This document shows, in pieces, positions 26,606 to 36,262 of a stretch of DNA of 39,746 nucleotides (its first letter is position 1; each line of letters opens with the position of its first letter). The stretch comes from Thermoplasmata archaeon (GTDB lineage: Archaea; Thermoplasmatota; Thermoplasmata; Lutacidiplasmatales; UBA184): contig JASIBA010000080.1 of the NCBI GenBank assembly GCA_030041735.1, positions 1 to 39,746 of the forward strand, written 5' to 3'. A program made the translations under genes and the position numbers. The notes below the pieces were generated by a model. The model was not told the origin of the DNA. It did not search any database and saw nothing but the letters and a program-made list of their open reading frames with translations.

Positions 26606-27874
26606 TTACTTACACGCGGGGATGGACGCTCCATTAAAGGTAATCGTCTGAAGGCCCGCGGTGTCGACCGCGATCACCGAGGCCGGCAGGGCGACGTAGT
26701 AGAGCTGGGTGGGCGACGTGGCGTCCGTCAGCGCCTGGGCCGCCGGGCTCAGCAGATAGTCGACCCACTGGATGAGGACCTGCGTCTTCGTCAGCGACGG
26801 GCTGTACCCCTTGCTCGCGTTCTGGTAGATGTACAGATAGATGAACGTGGCCAGCGGGTAGTCGTTCGTCCCCTTGGCGTTCACCATGCTCAGGTTGTAC
26901 CAGTTGCTGGAGGCGGAGGTCGGAAGGGTCGCGCTCGCCAGGACGTCGTTGATTGCGGAGGCCGTGTTCGCGAGCGTCGGCGCCACGAACGTACCGGCCG
27001 GGTTCTGGACCGCGGCGTACTGGAGCGTGGACGCGGAGTAGGTCAGCGTGTCGGTGAGGTCCGAGTACCCGATGTAGTACGCGTTCCCCCCGACCGTGCT
27101 CAGCATCAGCGAGTTCCCCTTGACCCCCACCTGCACGGGCTTGCTGGGCCAGCTCGGGAGGAGCCCCGTCCCGACGCTGCTCGCCCACGAGCTCGAGTCG
27201 TCCGACAGGAGCGTGGTGAACACGTACGTCGTGCCCGCGGAATCGACGCGGTGGACCGTCGTGATCGGGTTGCTGGGGAGGTTCACGCCGGGGTTGAGCG
27301 CCGCGATGGCGGCGTCGTTCCAGTCCGCGATCGTTCCGCTATAGATCTCGGCCAGGACCAGACCGGTCAGGTTGAGGTGACCGGTGAGTCCGGGCAGGTT
27401 GTAGATCACGGTGATCGCGCCGCCCACGATCGGGATCGAGAGCGGGGTGCCCGGCATCGCGGCGCGCTCCGTCGAGGAGAGCGGGTTGTCCGCGACCGCG
27501 AAGTCGATGAGCGGGGGATTCTCGGAGAAGTCGGTGATGCCCGTACCGGAACCGCCGTCGTCGTAATTGACCTGGTTCCCGGACTGCGTCGCGTAGTCGG
27601 TCGTCCAGACGCTCATGATCGGATTGATGATCTGGGCGCCGTTGCCCGAGAGCGTCACCCCGGTGGTGCAGCTCGCCTCCGACTTGCTGGTCGAGCCCCC
27701 GAACCACTTCTGTTGGTAGCCGACGACGAGGACCCCGGCGACGATGATGATGACCAGCACGACCGCGACGATCGCCCCCGTGTTCCGCTTTCGTCGCACG
27801 GTCGGGACGGGCGTCGCGGGGGTCCCGGGGGCCTCCGCGGCGGGCGCGCCGCTGGGCGGCGCGCCGGCGCTCAT
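26606..27874 (-). CDS. pstS: Phosphate-binding protein with N-terminal membrane anchor
   Basis: GSGTGI, WNDAAIAALNP, VHRVDSAGTT and YPLATFIYL; RBS GGAGGT upstream. Confidence 0.93.
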   Translation of the reverse strand: MSAGAPPSGAPAAEAPGTPATPVPTVRRKRNTGAIVAVVLVIIIVAGVLVVGYQQKWFGGSTSKSEASCTTGVTLSGNGAQIINPIMSVWTTDYATQSGNQVNYDDGGSGTGITDFSENPPLIDFAVADNPLSSTERAAMPGTPLSIPIVGGAITVIYNLPGLTGHLNLTGLVLAEIYSGTIADWNDAAIAALNPGVNLPSNPITTVHRVDSAGTTYVFTTLLSDDSSSWASSVGTGLLPSWPSKPVQVGVKGNSLMLSTVGGNAYYIGYSDLTDTLTYSASTLQYAAVQNPAGTFVAPTLANTASAINDVLASATLPTSASSNWYNLSMVNAKGTNDYPLATFIYLYIYQNASKGYSPSLTKTQVLIQWVDYLLSPAAQALTDATSPTQLYYVALPASVIAVDTAGLQTITFNGASIPACK

Positions 27875-28116
27875 CGGCGACCTCCTTCGAGGGGGACACC
27901 GTTCGGCTCGGGGCGCGTTCGGAGCGGGATGGGCTCGTCGAACATCGCGGCGCGGTGAGGACCGAGGTTCTTAGCCTCGCCATACGACGAAGTCCGCGAA
28001 ACGCGCCCGCGCAAACTTCGCCTATCTCAGACCGCCGTGCGGTTGTGAGAAACCCGGGCCGCCCGCGGCCGGGCTCACGGAAACCCTTTTGGTCCCGCGC
28101 GCCGGGTCGGCGCGAG

Positions 28117-28671
28117 ATGGGCACCCCGGGCGCCCCGCCGCCGACCGGATTCGTCGTCTGGCTCGAGGGGCTCTCGGGCTCCGGCAAGACCACGATCTCG
28201 CGCGCGCTCGCCCCGCGCCTCCGGTCGATGGGTTGGAAGGTCGAGGTGCTCGACGGTGATGAGATGCGCCAGATGTTCTCACCCGAGCTCGGCTTCTCGC
28301 GGAAGGACCGCGAGATGCATGCCCGGCGCGTCAGCTTCGTCGCGCGGATGCTCGCCCGCAACGGCGTTGCGGTGCTCGTCGCGATGATCACGCCCTACGA
28401 GACGTCCCGCCAGGCGGCGCGGTCCGTCGTCGGGACCCGCTTCTTCGAGGTCTGGCTGAGCTGCCCGATCGAGATCTGTCGGCAGCGGGACCCGAAGGGG
28501 ATCTACCGACGGTCCGAGGAGGGCTCCGTGACGAAGATGACCGGGGTCGACGACCCCTTCGAGGAGCCGCTGAACCCAGATCTCACCGTCGACACCTCCT
28601 CGCTCACCGTGGACCAGTCGATCGACCGCATCGTCCGCCAGCTCGCGTCGAGCGGATACGTCGCGGGCTGA
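28117..28671 (+). CDS. cysC: Adenylyl-sulfate kinase
   Basis: WLEGLSGSGKTT, LDGDEMR, LGFSRKDR, RDPKGIY and TGVDDPFEEP. Confidence 0.93.
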   Translation: MGTPGAPPPTGFVVWLEGLSGSGKTTISRALAPRLRSMGWKVEVLDGDEMRQMFSPELGFSRKDREMHARRVSFVARMLARNGVAVLVAMITPYETSRQAARSVVGTRFFEVWLSCPIEICRQRDPKGIYRRSEEGSVTKMTGVDDPFEEPLNPDLTVDTSSLTVDQSIDRIVRQLASSGYVAG

Positions 28672-28776
28672 CGCCCCCGGCTTCGACCGCTTCGAAGTAC
28701 CGGGCCGGGCCTACGGAGTTCCCGTAGCCACGACCTCCGGGAGCGTCCTTATGGACGGAAGGACATCGCCCGGCGG

Positions 28777-29229
28777 ATGGCCAAGATCCCCGCGGTCGAG
28801 CAGACCTACTACCTCGCCGTCGCACCCGCCCGGGTGTTCGCGGCGCTCACGCAGCCGAAGCTGCTCGCGGGCTGGTTCGCCCCGCGGGCCGAGGTCGAGC
28901 TCCGGAAGGGCGGCACGTACCGCCTCGAGTGGGCGCCGGGCGCCGCGATGAAGGGGAAGGTGCGATCGGTGGAGGCGCCCTCGAAGCTCGTGATCGCGTG
29001 GCACGACCGCCCGAAGGGCCCGAAGGCGTTCGACACCGTGGCCCGGTTCCGCCTCAAGCGCAAAGGACGGGGCACCTTGCTGCACCTGCGGCACGAAGGG
29101 TTCCGGAGCGGCAAGAACTGGGTCTGGTTGTTCGGCCAGGTCGAATCCGGCTGGGCGTACTACCTCATGAATCTCAAGTCGGTGCTCGAGCACGGCGTCG
29201 ACCTGCGCTCGGACCTCGACCGCGTCTGA
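28777..29229 (+). CDS. SRPBCC/AHSA1 (START-fold) protein
   Basis: APARVFAALTQPKLLAGWF, GGTYRLEW, TLLHLRH and GWAYYLMNLKSVLE. Confidence 0.9.
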   Translation: MAKIPAVEQTYYLAVAPARVFAALTQPKLLAGWFAPRAEVELRKGGTYRLEWAPGAAMKGKVRSVEAPSKLVIAWHDRPKGPKAFDTVARFRLKRKGRGTLLHLRHEGFRSGKNWVWLFGQVESGWAYYLMNLKSVLEHGVDLRSDLDRV

Positions 29230-29335
29230 GCGACCGAATCGGCAGGGTATATCTGCCCTATCGGAGGCCGGACCGCCACCCCACTTCAACCCTGCCGCCC
29301 CTCCTATCGCTCGGGACCTCGGAGGTCCAGCGAAC

Positions 29336-29566
29336 ATGAAGAGCGAAGCGAAGACGATGGGAGTGAAGGGAGCGGCGCTGGTACTGGTCGTCGTGACCGT
29401 TCTGGTGGGGGCGGTCGGCTACGTGGTACTGAGCGTCGTCGCGAGCGAGAGCACGAACACCGCGCAGACGAGCGGATGCGCGCCCGCCTCGGGCGTGACC
29501 TGCCAGCAGCACGACCACGCGAATACGGCCGGGGCCGGGGAGCTGATCGCCTCGCCCGTCCGATAG
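29336..29566 (+). CDS. Small single-TM/secreted hypothetical protein
   Basis: RBS ggaggt before the ATG; basic N-terminus, then AALVLVVVTVLVGAVGYVVL; Cys pair. Confidence 0.65.
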   Translation: MKSEAKTMGVKGAALVLVVVTVLVGAVGYVVLSVVASESTNTAQTSGCAPASGVTCQQHDHANTAGAGELIASPVR

Positions 29567-29580
29567 CGACCACCCGACCG

Positions 29581-29623
29581 GGGAGCCGGCGGCCCCACTC
29601 GCCCGAGGGGCTGGCCGGCTCCC
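29581..29623 (+). terminator. GC-rich hairpin after the small gene (terminator or stability element)
   Basis: gggagccggc (29581-90) pairs with gccggctccc (29614-23), plus inner gcccc/ggggc. No U-tract follows. Confidence 0.4.
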
Positions 29624-29797
29624 GGCTCTGACCCGGAACCCGACCCCGGACGCATCCGATATCCACCGTTTTCGAGCGGAATTCGGTAGCGCTGCCCGTG
29701 CCGGGTCGAATTCCCGCGCCGATACGCTCGGGGGGTCCAAGTAGCCCGGGCGCCCCCATAGTCTCCAGAGCCCGAGCGGCTCGAACGGAGAGGATCC

Positions 29798-30034
29798 ATG
29801 GAGCGAACCGGACCGGAGTCCCTCATGGTGATGGCGGCGATGCCGATCGCGTGCCGACCTTGCCTCGGGGAGCAGCGCCTGTGGGAGTTGCCGCTGAGCG
29901 ACGACGCGCCGGACCGCCCCGCGCTGCTGGCCGCCCTGCCGGTCCGCGCGACCGAGCCCCCGCGCGCCGGTCTTCGGGCGTGGTGGTCCCGCCTCCGGGT
30001 CCCGACCGGGGTCGGCGGCCGGGGCGGCTTCTGA
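29798..30034 (+). CDS. Small hypothetical protein
   Basis: ggagagga before the ATG; 78-aa ORF filling an intergenic gap; CRPC motif. Confidence 0.35.
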   Translation: MERTGPESLMVMAAMPIACRPCLGEQRLWELPLSDDAPDRPALLAALPVRATEPPRAGLRAWWSRLRVPTGVGGRGGF

Positions 30035-30097
30035 GCGGTCGGGTGCGAGCGGTTCCCCCGATTAGGTCCATATACCGGTCCCGAGTAGAGGGCCTCG

Positions 30098-30538
30098 ATG
30101 GCGATTCTCCGGGCGAGCGGGGATCCTGAGACCGTCCGACGGCTGCAGAAGGTACCGATCTTCTCGGGACTGAGCCCGAAGCAGCTCTCGAGCCTGGCGC
30201 GCGACGGGAAGGAGCGCACGTATCCCGCGGGCGCGGTGGTCGTGAAGGAAGGCGACGAGGGACTGGGGTTCTACCTGATCCTGGACGGCCGGGTGGAGGT
30301 CCGGCGCAAGAGCCGGAAGCTCGCGTCGCTCGGGCCCGGACAATTCTTCGGCGAGATGGCGCTGTTCACCAACCAGGCCCGGTCGGCGGATGTCGTCGCC
30401 TCGGAAGCGGTGCGGTGCCTGGTGCTCTCCCGCTGGGAGTTCTGGTCCAGCGTGATGGACCAGCCGCGCGTCCTCCGGACGATCATCGAGGAGATCGCGC
30501 GGCGTCTGAGCGAGACCAACAAGTCGCTGTCCGAGTAG
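30098..30538 (+). CDS. Stand-alone cyclic nucleotide-binding domain protein
   Basis: LQKVPIFSGL, EGDEG..FYLILDGRV and LGPGQFFGEMALF...RSADV. Confidence 0.92.
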   Translation: MAILRASGDPETVRRLQKVPIFSGLSPKQLSSLARDGKERTYPAGAVVVKEGDEGLGFYLILDGRVEVRRKSRKLASLGPGQFFGEMALFTNQARSADVVASEAVRCLVLSRWEFWSSVMDQPRVLRTIIEEIARRLSETNKSLSE

Positions 30539-30548
30539 CCGGAGCTCG

Positions 30549-31508
30549 TCAGGACGTCCGACGGGCGATCTGCTCGTCGAACCACGCGCGGTAGATCGCC
30601 GAACCCAGGGCGAACGTCCGGCGGACCGTCGCGACCCCGGCGCGATCCAGGAGCCGCCCGGCGGCGGCCTCGACCGCGACCGGGGAATCCGCCAGCAGGA
30701 GCCCCGCGAACTCCGGCGGCCGGGCGGTGGGGGGAAGGCCCCGACCGTCCGACGCGACGGGCATCCACGTGCGCGTCTCCGAGCTCACGCGGGTCGCGAG
30801 GGCGTCGACGTCGGCGGCCGGATCCGTCCCGACGGTCAGGAGGGCCAGCGGGAACTCGACCGCCCTCGCGCCGTGGCTCCACCACACCGCCCGTCCTTCG
30901 AGCAGCGCGTGGAACCGCCGGCCCAGGGTCTTCAGGCTGATCCCGACCGAACGCGCGATCCGCTGCAAACCGTCCTCGGGGGCAGCGCGCAGGGCCCGGA
31001 CGATCCGCCAGTCGAGCGGGGTGAGGGGGCGCGCGGCCGGGGGAACGAAGTACGGGCGCGGACCCCGGACCTCGTTCCGCCCGACCAGTCGCCGCAGGAG
31101 CCGCGCCCGCCGCTCGACCTCCGCCGGCCCGCCCGCGACGAAGTAGACCTGGAGGGTCCGATCGCGTTCGTCGAGCACGTCCCGCGCGAAGGTGACGCCG
31201 TCCACGAGCCCGAGATCGTCGAGGAGCCGTCGGGACTCGCCGACCTCGTCCACCGGGAGCTCCGCGACCTGCAGCTCCACGCCGAACAGGGAAGGGTTCG
31301 GCCAGACCTCGGCGTCCGCGAGGTACCCGCGCTCCCGGAGCGACCGGAGCCGCGTCCGCACGCCGGTCTCGCTGATCCCGAGGCGCTCCGCGATCTCCCG
31401 GGCCCCGGCGCGCGGATCGATCACGCGTCGCGACCCCCAGAACCGCGCCGCGCCGTCCGGGGCAAGGTAGCGGTAGACCGCGAAGTCGGTCTCGTCGATC
31501 GCGGACAC
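30549..31508 (-). CDS. Tandem Lrp/AsnC-type winged-helix regulator
   Basis: Two HTHs: IAERLGISETGVRTRLRSL and LDWRIVRAL..IARSVGISLKTLGRRF. Start is GTG 31508 or 31520. Confidence 0.85.
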   Translation of the reverse strand: MSAIDETDFAVYRYLAPDGAARFWGSRRVIDPRAGAREIAERLGISETGVRTRLRSLRERGYLADAEVWPNPSLFGVELQVAELPVDEVGESRRLLDDLGLVDGVTFARDVLDERDRTLQVYFVAGGPAEVERRARLLRRLVGRNEVRGPRPYFVPPAARPLTPLDWRIVRALRAAPEDGLQRIARSVGISLKTLGRRFHALLEGRAVWWSHGARAVEFPLALLTVGTDPAADVDALATRVSSETRTWMPVASDGRGLPPTARPPEFAGLLLADSPVAVEAAAGRLLDRAGVATVRRTFALGSAIYRAWFDEQIARRTS

Positions 31509-31615
31509 GCCGGCCCGCACCGGGCCCGCGGCAAAAGGCTGCCCACCCCGCGGCGTTTCGGACGGCGGGCGCCGCCCGCGGAAAGGATTTCCCGAGTTTC
31601 CCCTTCCGTCGGCCC

Positions 31616-34024
31616 TTGCTCCGGTACGATCTCGACCTGGACGTCGACTACGGCGCCTCGACGTTCGCCGGGACGCTCACGATCTCGGACTATCCGCCCG
31701 AGCGGCCCGTCGAGCTCGATCTGGTCGGGCTCGAGGTCGACGCGGTCGACGGCGGGCGCGGGCCGGTCGCCTTCCACGCGGTCGCCGATCGGGGGAAGCT
31801 GTGCCTCGAGCTCGGCGAGGTGGAGTCGGATCCGATCCGGATCCGCTACCACGGACGCGCCGGGGAGAAGGTCCAGACCGGGCTCTTCGTCTCCCACCTC
31901 GGCGATCGGAAGGCGCTCAGCACTCAGATGGAGCCCGAGGGGTGTCGTCGGTTCCTTCCGTGCTTCGACCGGCCCGATCGCAAAGCGGAGTTCGCGCTCC
32001 GGGTCACGACCGCCGAGGACCTCACCGTGATCTCGAACACCGCCGGGAGTCGCGGGCCGCCGCAGAGGGGTCGCCGCACCTGGACCTTCGAGCGATCCCC
32101 ACCGATGGCGACCTATCTGCTCTACGTCGGGGTCGGTCCGTTCGAGGAAGCCTCCGAGACGACGGAGCACCCTCCCGTGGTCATCGCCGGCCCACCGGGG
32201 AGCGCCCCGAAGGCGGCGCCGGCGCTCCGCGACGCCCGGGCGACCCTCCGGGCGCTGGCCGAGTACTTCGGCGTCCCGTACCCGCTGTCCAAGCTCCACC
32301 TCGTGGCGCTGTCCGACTTCTGGGTCGGCATGGAGAACTGGGGGGCGATCACGGGCTCGGAGGAGCACTACCTCTACGGTCCGAACACCCCACCGGCCGC
32401 GCGCCGGTTTGCGCAACAGACCGTCGTGCACGAGATCTCCCACCAATGGTTCGGCGATCTGGTCACGCTCAAGGCGTGGAACGAGCTCTGGCTCAACGAG
32501 GCCTTCGCGACGTTCATCACCGCCCGGATCGGGGAACGGGCCGGCATCCGCCAGGACCCGTGGGCCGAGTTCGTGTTGTTCGCGGCGCGCGGCGATCCCG
32601 CCGACTCGCTCGAGTCGACGCACCCGGTCAAGCCGGCCTCGGTCGACCCGCAGGAGATCATGGCGACCGCGGACATGATCACCTACTTCAAGGGCGCCCG
32701 GCTGATCCGGATGATCGAGGCCTACCTCGGCGAGGAGGCGTTCCGCCGGGGCCTCGCGACGTACCTGCGTCGGCACCGGTTCGGCAGCGCCGAGAGTGGC
32801 GACCTCTGGCGCGCGCTGGAGGAGAGCTCGGGGCACGGCGTCGTCGACGTCATGCGCGCCTGGGTCGAGCGGCCGGGGCTGCCGGTCATCGAGGTGCGAC
32901 AGGACGGCTCCGACCTGGTCCTCGCGCAGCGGCGCTTCACCTACCTCGGCCGCCTCGCGCCCGAACCCCCCTGGCCGATCCCGCTTCGCGTCGCCGCCCA
33001 CGGGCGGGAGGATCGCCTGCTCTTCGACACCGCCGAGATGCGGCTGCGGGATGCCGACGGCCGCACGGCCCGGATCGACCCGCAGCGACCGGGTTTCTTT
33101 CGACTCCTGCCGCAGGGGGAGCTCCGGAACGCGTGGCGGGCGCGGCTCGCGGCCGCCGATCCGCTCGACCGCTGGGCGTATCTCCACGACGCGCGGGCGT
33201 TCCTCCTCTCCGGCGACTTCGCCCTCAAGGACTACCTCGATCTCGTCCGCGACCTGCGTTCCGCGGAGGATCTACTGACCATCGAGGAGGTCACGCAATC
33301 GGTCTTCGGGCTGGGACCGGTGCTCCGGGATGCGCCCGGATTCGCGGCCACGGCGCGGGAGTTCACCGCGGAGCAGCTCGACCGGCTAGGCGAGCGCCCG
33401 CGGTCGGGCGAGCCGGAGGGCAACGACATCGCGCGGGAGTGGCTGGCGCGGATCCGGGTCCGGTTCGACGACGACTACGCCCGCGCGCTGGCGGCCCGCT
33501 TCGCCACGGTGGACCGCGAAGCCCCCGCGTTCCGCGAGGCGATCTCGATCGCCGCCGCCCGGTACGGCTCCCCGCAGGATCACGAAGAGCTCCTCCGCCG
33601 GACGGGCGGTCCCGACGGCGAGGCGGCGCTCCAGGCCTGTCATGCGATCGAAGGGCTCCCCTCGTCGGAGCTCGTGATCCGGTTCCTGGACCACGGGCTC
33701 GAAGCGATGCGGATGTCCGACCTCCTCGTCCCAGCGACCTGGGGTGCGGCGCGGAACCCGACGGCCGGCGGCCCGGTCTGGGACTGGCTCCGGACGCACC
33801 TGCGCGAGCTCGAACGCCGCGCGGAAGGCTCCTACCTGATGACCTACACGCTCGACGCCATCCTGCCCTGGATCGGGGTCGGTCGCGACGCGGAGCTCCG
33901 CGCCTACTTCGCGGCCGAGCGATTCCCGTCCGGGTCGATCGGGATCCGCAACGGACTCGAGGTCCTCGAGGCGGTCGGTCGGCTGCGCGCGCGCTCCGGC
34001 CTTCCGCCGGCGCCCGAGAGCTGA
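31616..34024 (+). CDS. M1 family aminopeptidase (tricorn-interacting factor F2/F3-like)
   Basis: RRFLPCFDRP, GMENWG, HEISHQWFGDLVT..WNELWLNEAFA and YFKGA. Confidence 0.95.
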   Translation: MLRYDLDLDVDYGASTFAGTLTISDYPPERPVELDLVGLEVDAVDGGRGPVAFHAVADRGKLCLELGEVESDPIRIRYHGRAGEKVQTGLFVSHLGDRKALSTQMEPEGCRRFLPCFDRPDRKAEFALRVTTAEDLTVISNTAGSRGPPQRGRRTWTFERSPPMATYLLYVGVGPFEEASETTEHPPVVIAGPPGSAPKAAPALRDARATLRALAEYFGVPYPLSKLHLVALSDFWVGMENWGAITGSEEHYLYGPNTPPAARRFAQQTVVHEISHQWFGDLVTLKAWNELWLNEAFATFITARIGERAGIRQDPWAEFVLFAARGDPADSLESTHPVKPASVDPQEIMATADMITYFKGARLIRMIEAYLGEEAFRRGLATYLRRHRFGSAESGDLWRALEESSGHGVVDVMRAWVERPGLPVIEVRQDGSDLVLAQRRFTYLGRLAPEPPWPIPLRVAAHGREDRLLFDTAEMRLRDADGRTARIDPQRPGFFRLLPQGELRNAWRARLAAADPLDRWAYLHDARAFLLSGDFALKDYLDLVRDLRSAEDLLTIEEVTQSVFGLGPVLRDAPGFAATAREFTAEQLDRLGERPRSGEPEGNDIAREWLARIRVRFDDDYARALAARFATVDREAPAFREAISIAAARYGSPQDHEELLRRTGGPDGEAALQACHAIEGLPSSELVIRFLDHGLEAMRMSDLLVPATWGAARNPTAGGPVWDWLRTHLRELERRAEGSYLMTYTLDAILPWIGVGRDAELRAYFAAERFPSGSIGIRNGLEVLEAVGRLRARSGLPPAPES

Positions 34025-34025
34025 C

Positions 34026-35483
34026 CTACCGCGGACCGGAACCCGGGCGCCGGGCGCCGCGCGCGGCCCGGGAGGAGCGACGCTCCGGCCGCGCGGGTCG
34101 GTCGGTCTCGCCGGTGGGCGCGCGCCGGGGCGTGCCGGCCACCCGTCGCACGGTGTGCGACGCGAGATCCACGACCACCCGATCGAACGGCTCGGCCGGC
34201 ATCGCGCCGGTCCCCACCGGATGGAACGCGAGCACCAGGCTGTTCGGATCCGCCGTGGCGCGCAGGTACCCGTACGTGCGGTCGTCGTGGTGCTCGAGCA
34301 CGAGCCCCCGGGCTTCCACCTGAGGTTCCGGATCGAGGTAGGAGACGACGGTCCCATCCGCGGGCTCGACGCCGGCGTGTCCGCCGCGAGCCTGGACGAG
34401 AGGATCGACATCGTGCCCACCGCCTCCGCACACCACGAACGGGACCGAGATCCGACCGTGCTCGAAATCGATCGATCGCGTGAATCGCTGGTAGTTGTGG
34501 GCGTGCCCCGCGAGGAAGGCGTGCGGGTACACGCCGGTCTCGGTACAGATCCGGTCGATCTGCGCGAGCATGGCGGGACTGCTCGCGTGGGTGCCCCCTC
34601 CACCGACGCCCCCGGCCGGGGGAGCGTAGGCGAACGGCGGGTGATGGGTGGTCAGGAGGACGGCGCCCTCGAATCGCTCGTCGCGCAGTCGGGTGAGCTG
34701 GGCGGAGAGGAACTCGAGCTGGACGTCCGGGATCGCCTTCCACTCCCCGCCCTGGCTCGAGATGACCCCCGGGTCCTCCAACGCGTTACTGAACAGCCCG
34801 ACGATCCGGACGAACGGGGCATCGAGCGCGAAGTAGACGCCGGGCTGCGTCATCGCGGTCCGGTGGAGCGAACCGGCCTCGGGCGTCACGACCGGCTCGG
34901 GGGCGCAGAAGTTCCGCTGGAACGTGACCAGGGGAGCCTCGCTCGGCGGCGTTCCCGGAACGATGAACGAATCGTGGTTCCCCGGGATCGCGAAGATCGG
35001 AGCCGGATAGTTCCGATACGGCTCGTAGAACTGATCGTAGTAGTAGCGGGCCTCCCCGAAGTCGTAGACCAGGTCGCCGAGCAGGTACAGGAACTGCGGC
35101 CGGTCGTCCGGCGGCGCCAGGCGGCAGTCCTGGGTGATCCGGTCGGAGACCCGGATCTCGCCCGGATACTTTCCCTCGGTGGAGGCTCCGATGTCCCCCA
35201 CCATGTGGAAGACGATCCGTCCGTGAGCGCGCAGGTCCGCGTCGATCTCGGGCCCGTGGGGACCGAGGGCCGTCGCGAGGCGATAGAGCTCCTCCGGCGC
35301 GGCCCGGGAGCGGGGAAAGCCGACGACGTCCTCGTAGAGGAGCGCCTGCAGGCGGCGATACAGGGCCGCGTCCGACGGGTGCGGGACTTTGAACCGGGTC
35401 GGATCCGGAGTGGGCCGGCCCTGCGCGAACACGGGCTCGTCGAACAGGGGCTGCGGTAGGCTCGAGCGAGGAGGTCGCGGCAT
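34026..35483 (-). CDS. Calcineurin-like metallophosphoesterase
   Basis: VGDIG, LGDLVY, PGNHD, HHPP and GHAHNY. Likely start ATG 35483. Confidence 0.9.
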   Translation of the reverse strand: MPRPPRSSLPQPLFDEPVFAQGRPTPDPTRFKVPHPSDAALYRRLQALLYEDVVGFPRSRAAPEELYRLATALGPHGPEIDADLRAHGRIVFHMVGDIGASTEGKYPGEIRVSDRITQDCRLAPPDDRPQFLYLLGDLVYDFGEARYYYDQFYEPYRNYPAPIFAIPGNHDSFIVPGTPPSEAPLVTFQRNFCAPEPVVTPEAGSLHRTAMTQPGVYFALDAPFVRIVGLFSNALEDPGVISSQGGEWKAIPDVQLEFLSAQLTRLRDERFEGAVLLTTHHPPFAYAPPAGGVGGGGTHASSPAMLAQIDRICTETGVYPHAFLAGHAHNYQRFTRSIDFEHGRISVPFVVCGGGGHDVDPLVQARGGHAGVEPADGTVVSYLDPEPQVEARGLVLEHHDDRTYGYLRATADPNSLVLAFHPVGTGAMPAEPFDRVVVDLASHTVRRVAGTPRRAPTGETDRPARPERRSSRAARGARRPGSGPR

Positions 35484-35702
35484 CGGCGGTCGTCCCCTCG
35501 CCCCCGGAGACCTCCGGCGGATATCTCTCCCTAGCGCTCCAAGGTTACGGGAGCTTCGAATCTTTCGGAGAACTTCGTATCGAAGCGAGCCGGGCCCGCG
35601 GGAGGCGTCCCCCGCCGCTTCCGACCGCCTGCCTCCCGTCGGGACAAAGCTAGTTGAACTCTCGACGGCACGTCTACACCAACCAAGAAGGAGAAAACCA
35701 AC

Positions 35703-35918
35703 ATGACAGCGAGAAACGAAACGCCAGGAGCGCCCCCACGGGCGCTCGGGGGCTCCGAGCCGGTCTCGACGGTCCCGGACGCGGCGGAGAGATCGTGGAC
35801 CTGCCCGCTCTGCGGGCAGTCGTGCGCCACGGACCAGGCCCGCATCGGCCACATGCTGCAGCCCCATTACCGCAGCAACCGGACGATGCGCGCGTCGCCC
35901 CGGTACAGCGTGGCCTGA
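35703..35918 (+). CDS. C2H2 zinc-finger microprotein
   Basis: C-x2-C-x12-H-x4-H (CPLCGQSCATDQARIGHMLQPH); RBS aaggag; a 7-bp hairpin follows at 35927-35945. Confidence 0.72.
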   Translation: MTARNETPGAPPRALGGSEPVSTVPDAAERSWTCPLCGQSCATDQARIGHMLQPHYRSNRTMRASPRYSVA

Positions 35919-36021
35919 ACCGGACCGCCGACCCTTACGGTCGGCCGATCGCCGGCGCGGCCCGTGCGCCGCCGGGTGCCGGGTAGCGCGGGTTCGGACC
36001 GTCCCCGCGGCGCTCGCCGGC

Positions 36022-36259
36022 CAAGCCTCGGGGAGGCACGTGCTTCCGCGGGAACTGCGATTGTCGACCGACTATTCGGGTCACGGACGGGGGTCCATCG
36101 GCATTCGCCGGACCCCGAGTTCGCGTGGGACGTGCCTTCATGTACGCCGCCGGCGGACGGGAAGATGCGCTCCGAACGCCCGCCCCCCCGGCGCGTATTC
36201 GGAGCGCCCTCTCCGCCAGGAGGACGGAAGTGTCCTCGTGGGCGAACGCCGAGGTCTTG
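36022..36259. ncRNA. Candidate structured intergenic element (ncRNA or MITE-like)
   Basis: A closing stem plus three internal stem domains, found by manual base pairing (details in findings). Confidence 0.3.
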
Positions 36260-36262
36260 TCG

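Noticed and set aside
23413-29229. ArsR-SRPBCC pair split by insertion of pst/cysC
   Set aside because: The genes are on opposite strands with separate promoters, and no boundary repeats or composition shift are visible.
35919-36262. SRP RNA or RNase P RNA
   Set aside because: No SRP helix-8 (CAGG..GNRA..AGCA) motif or RNase P P4 consensus on either strand.
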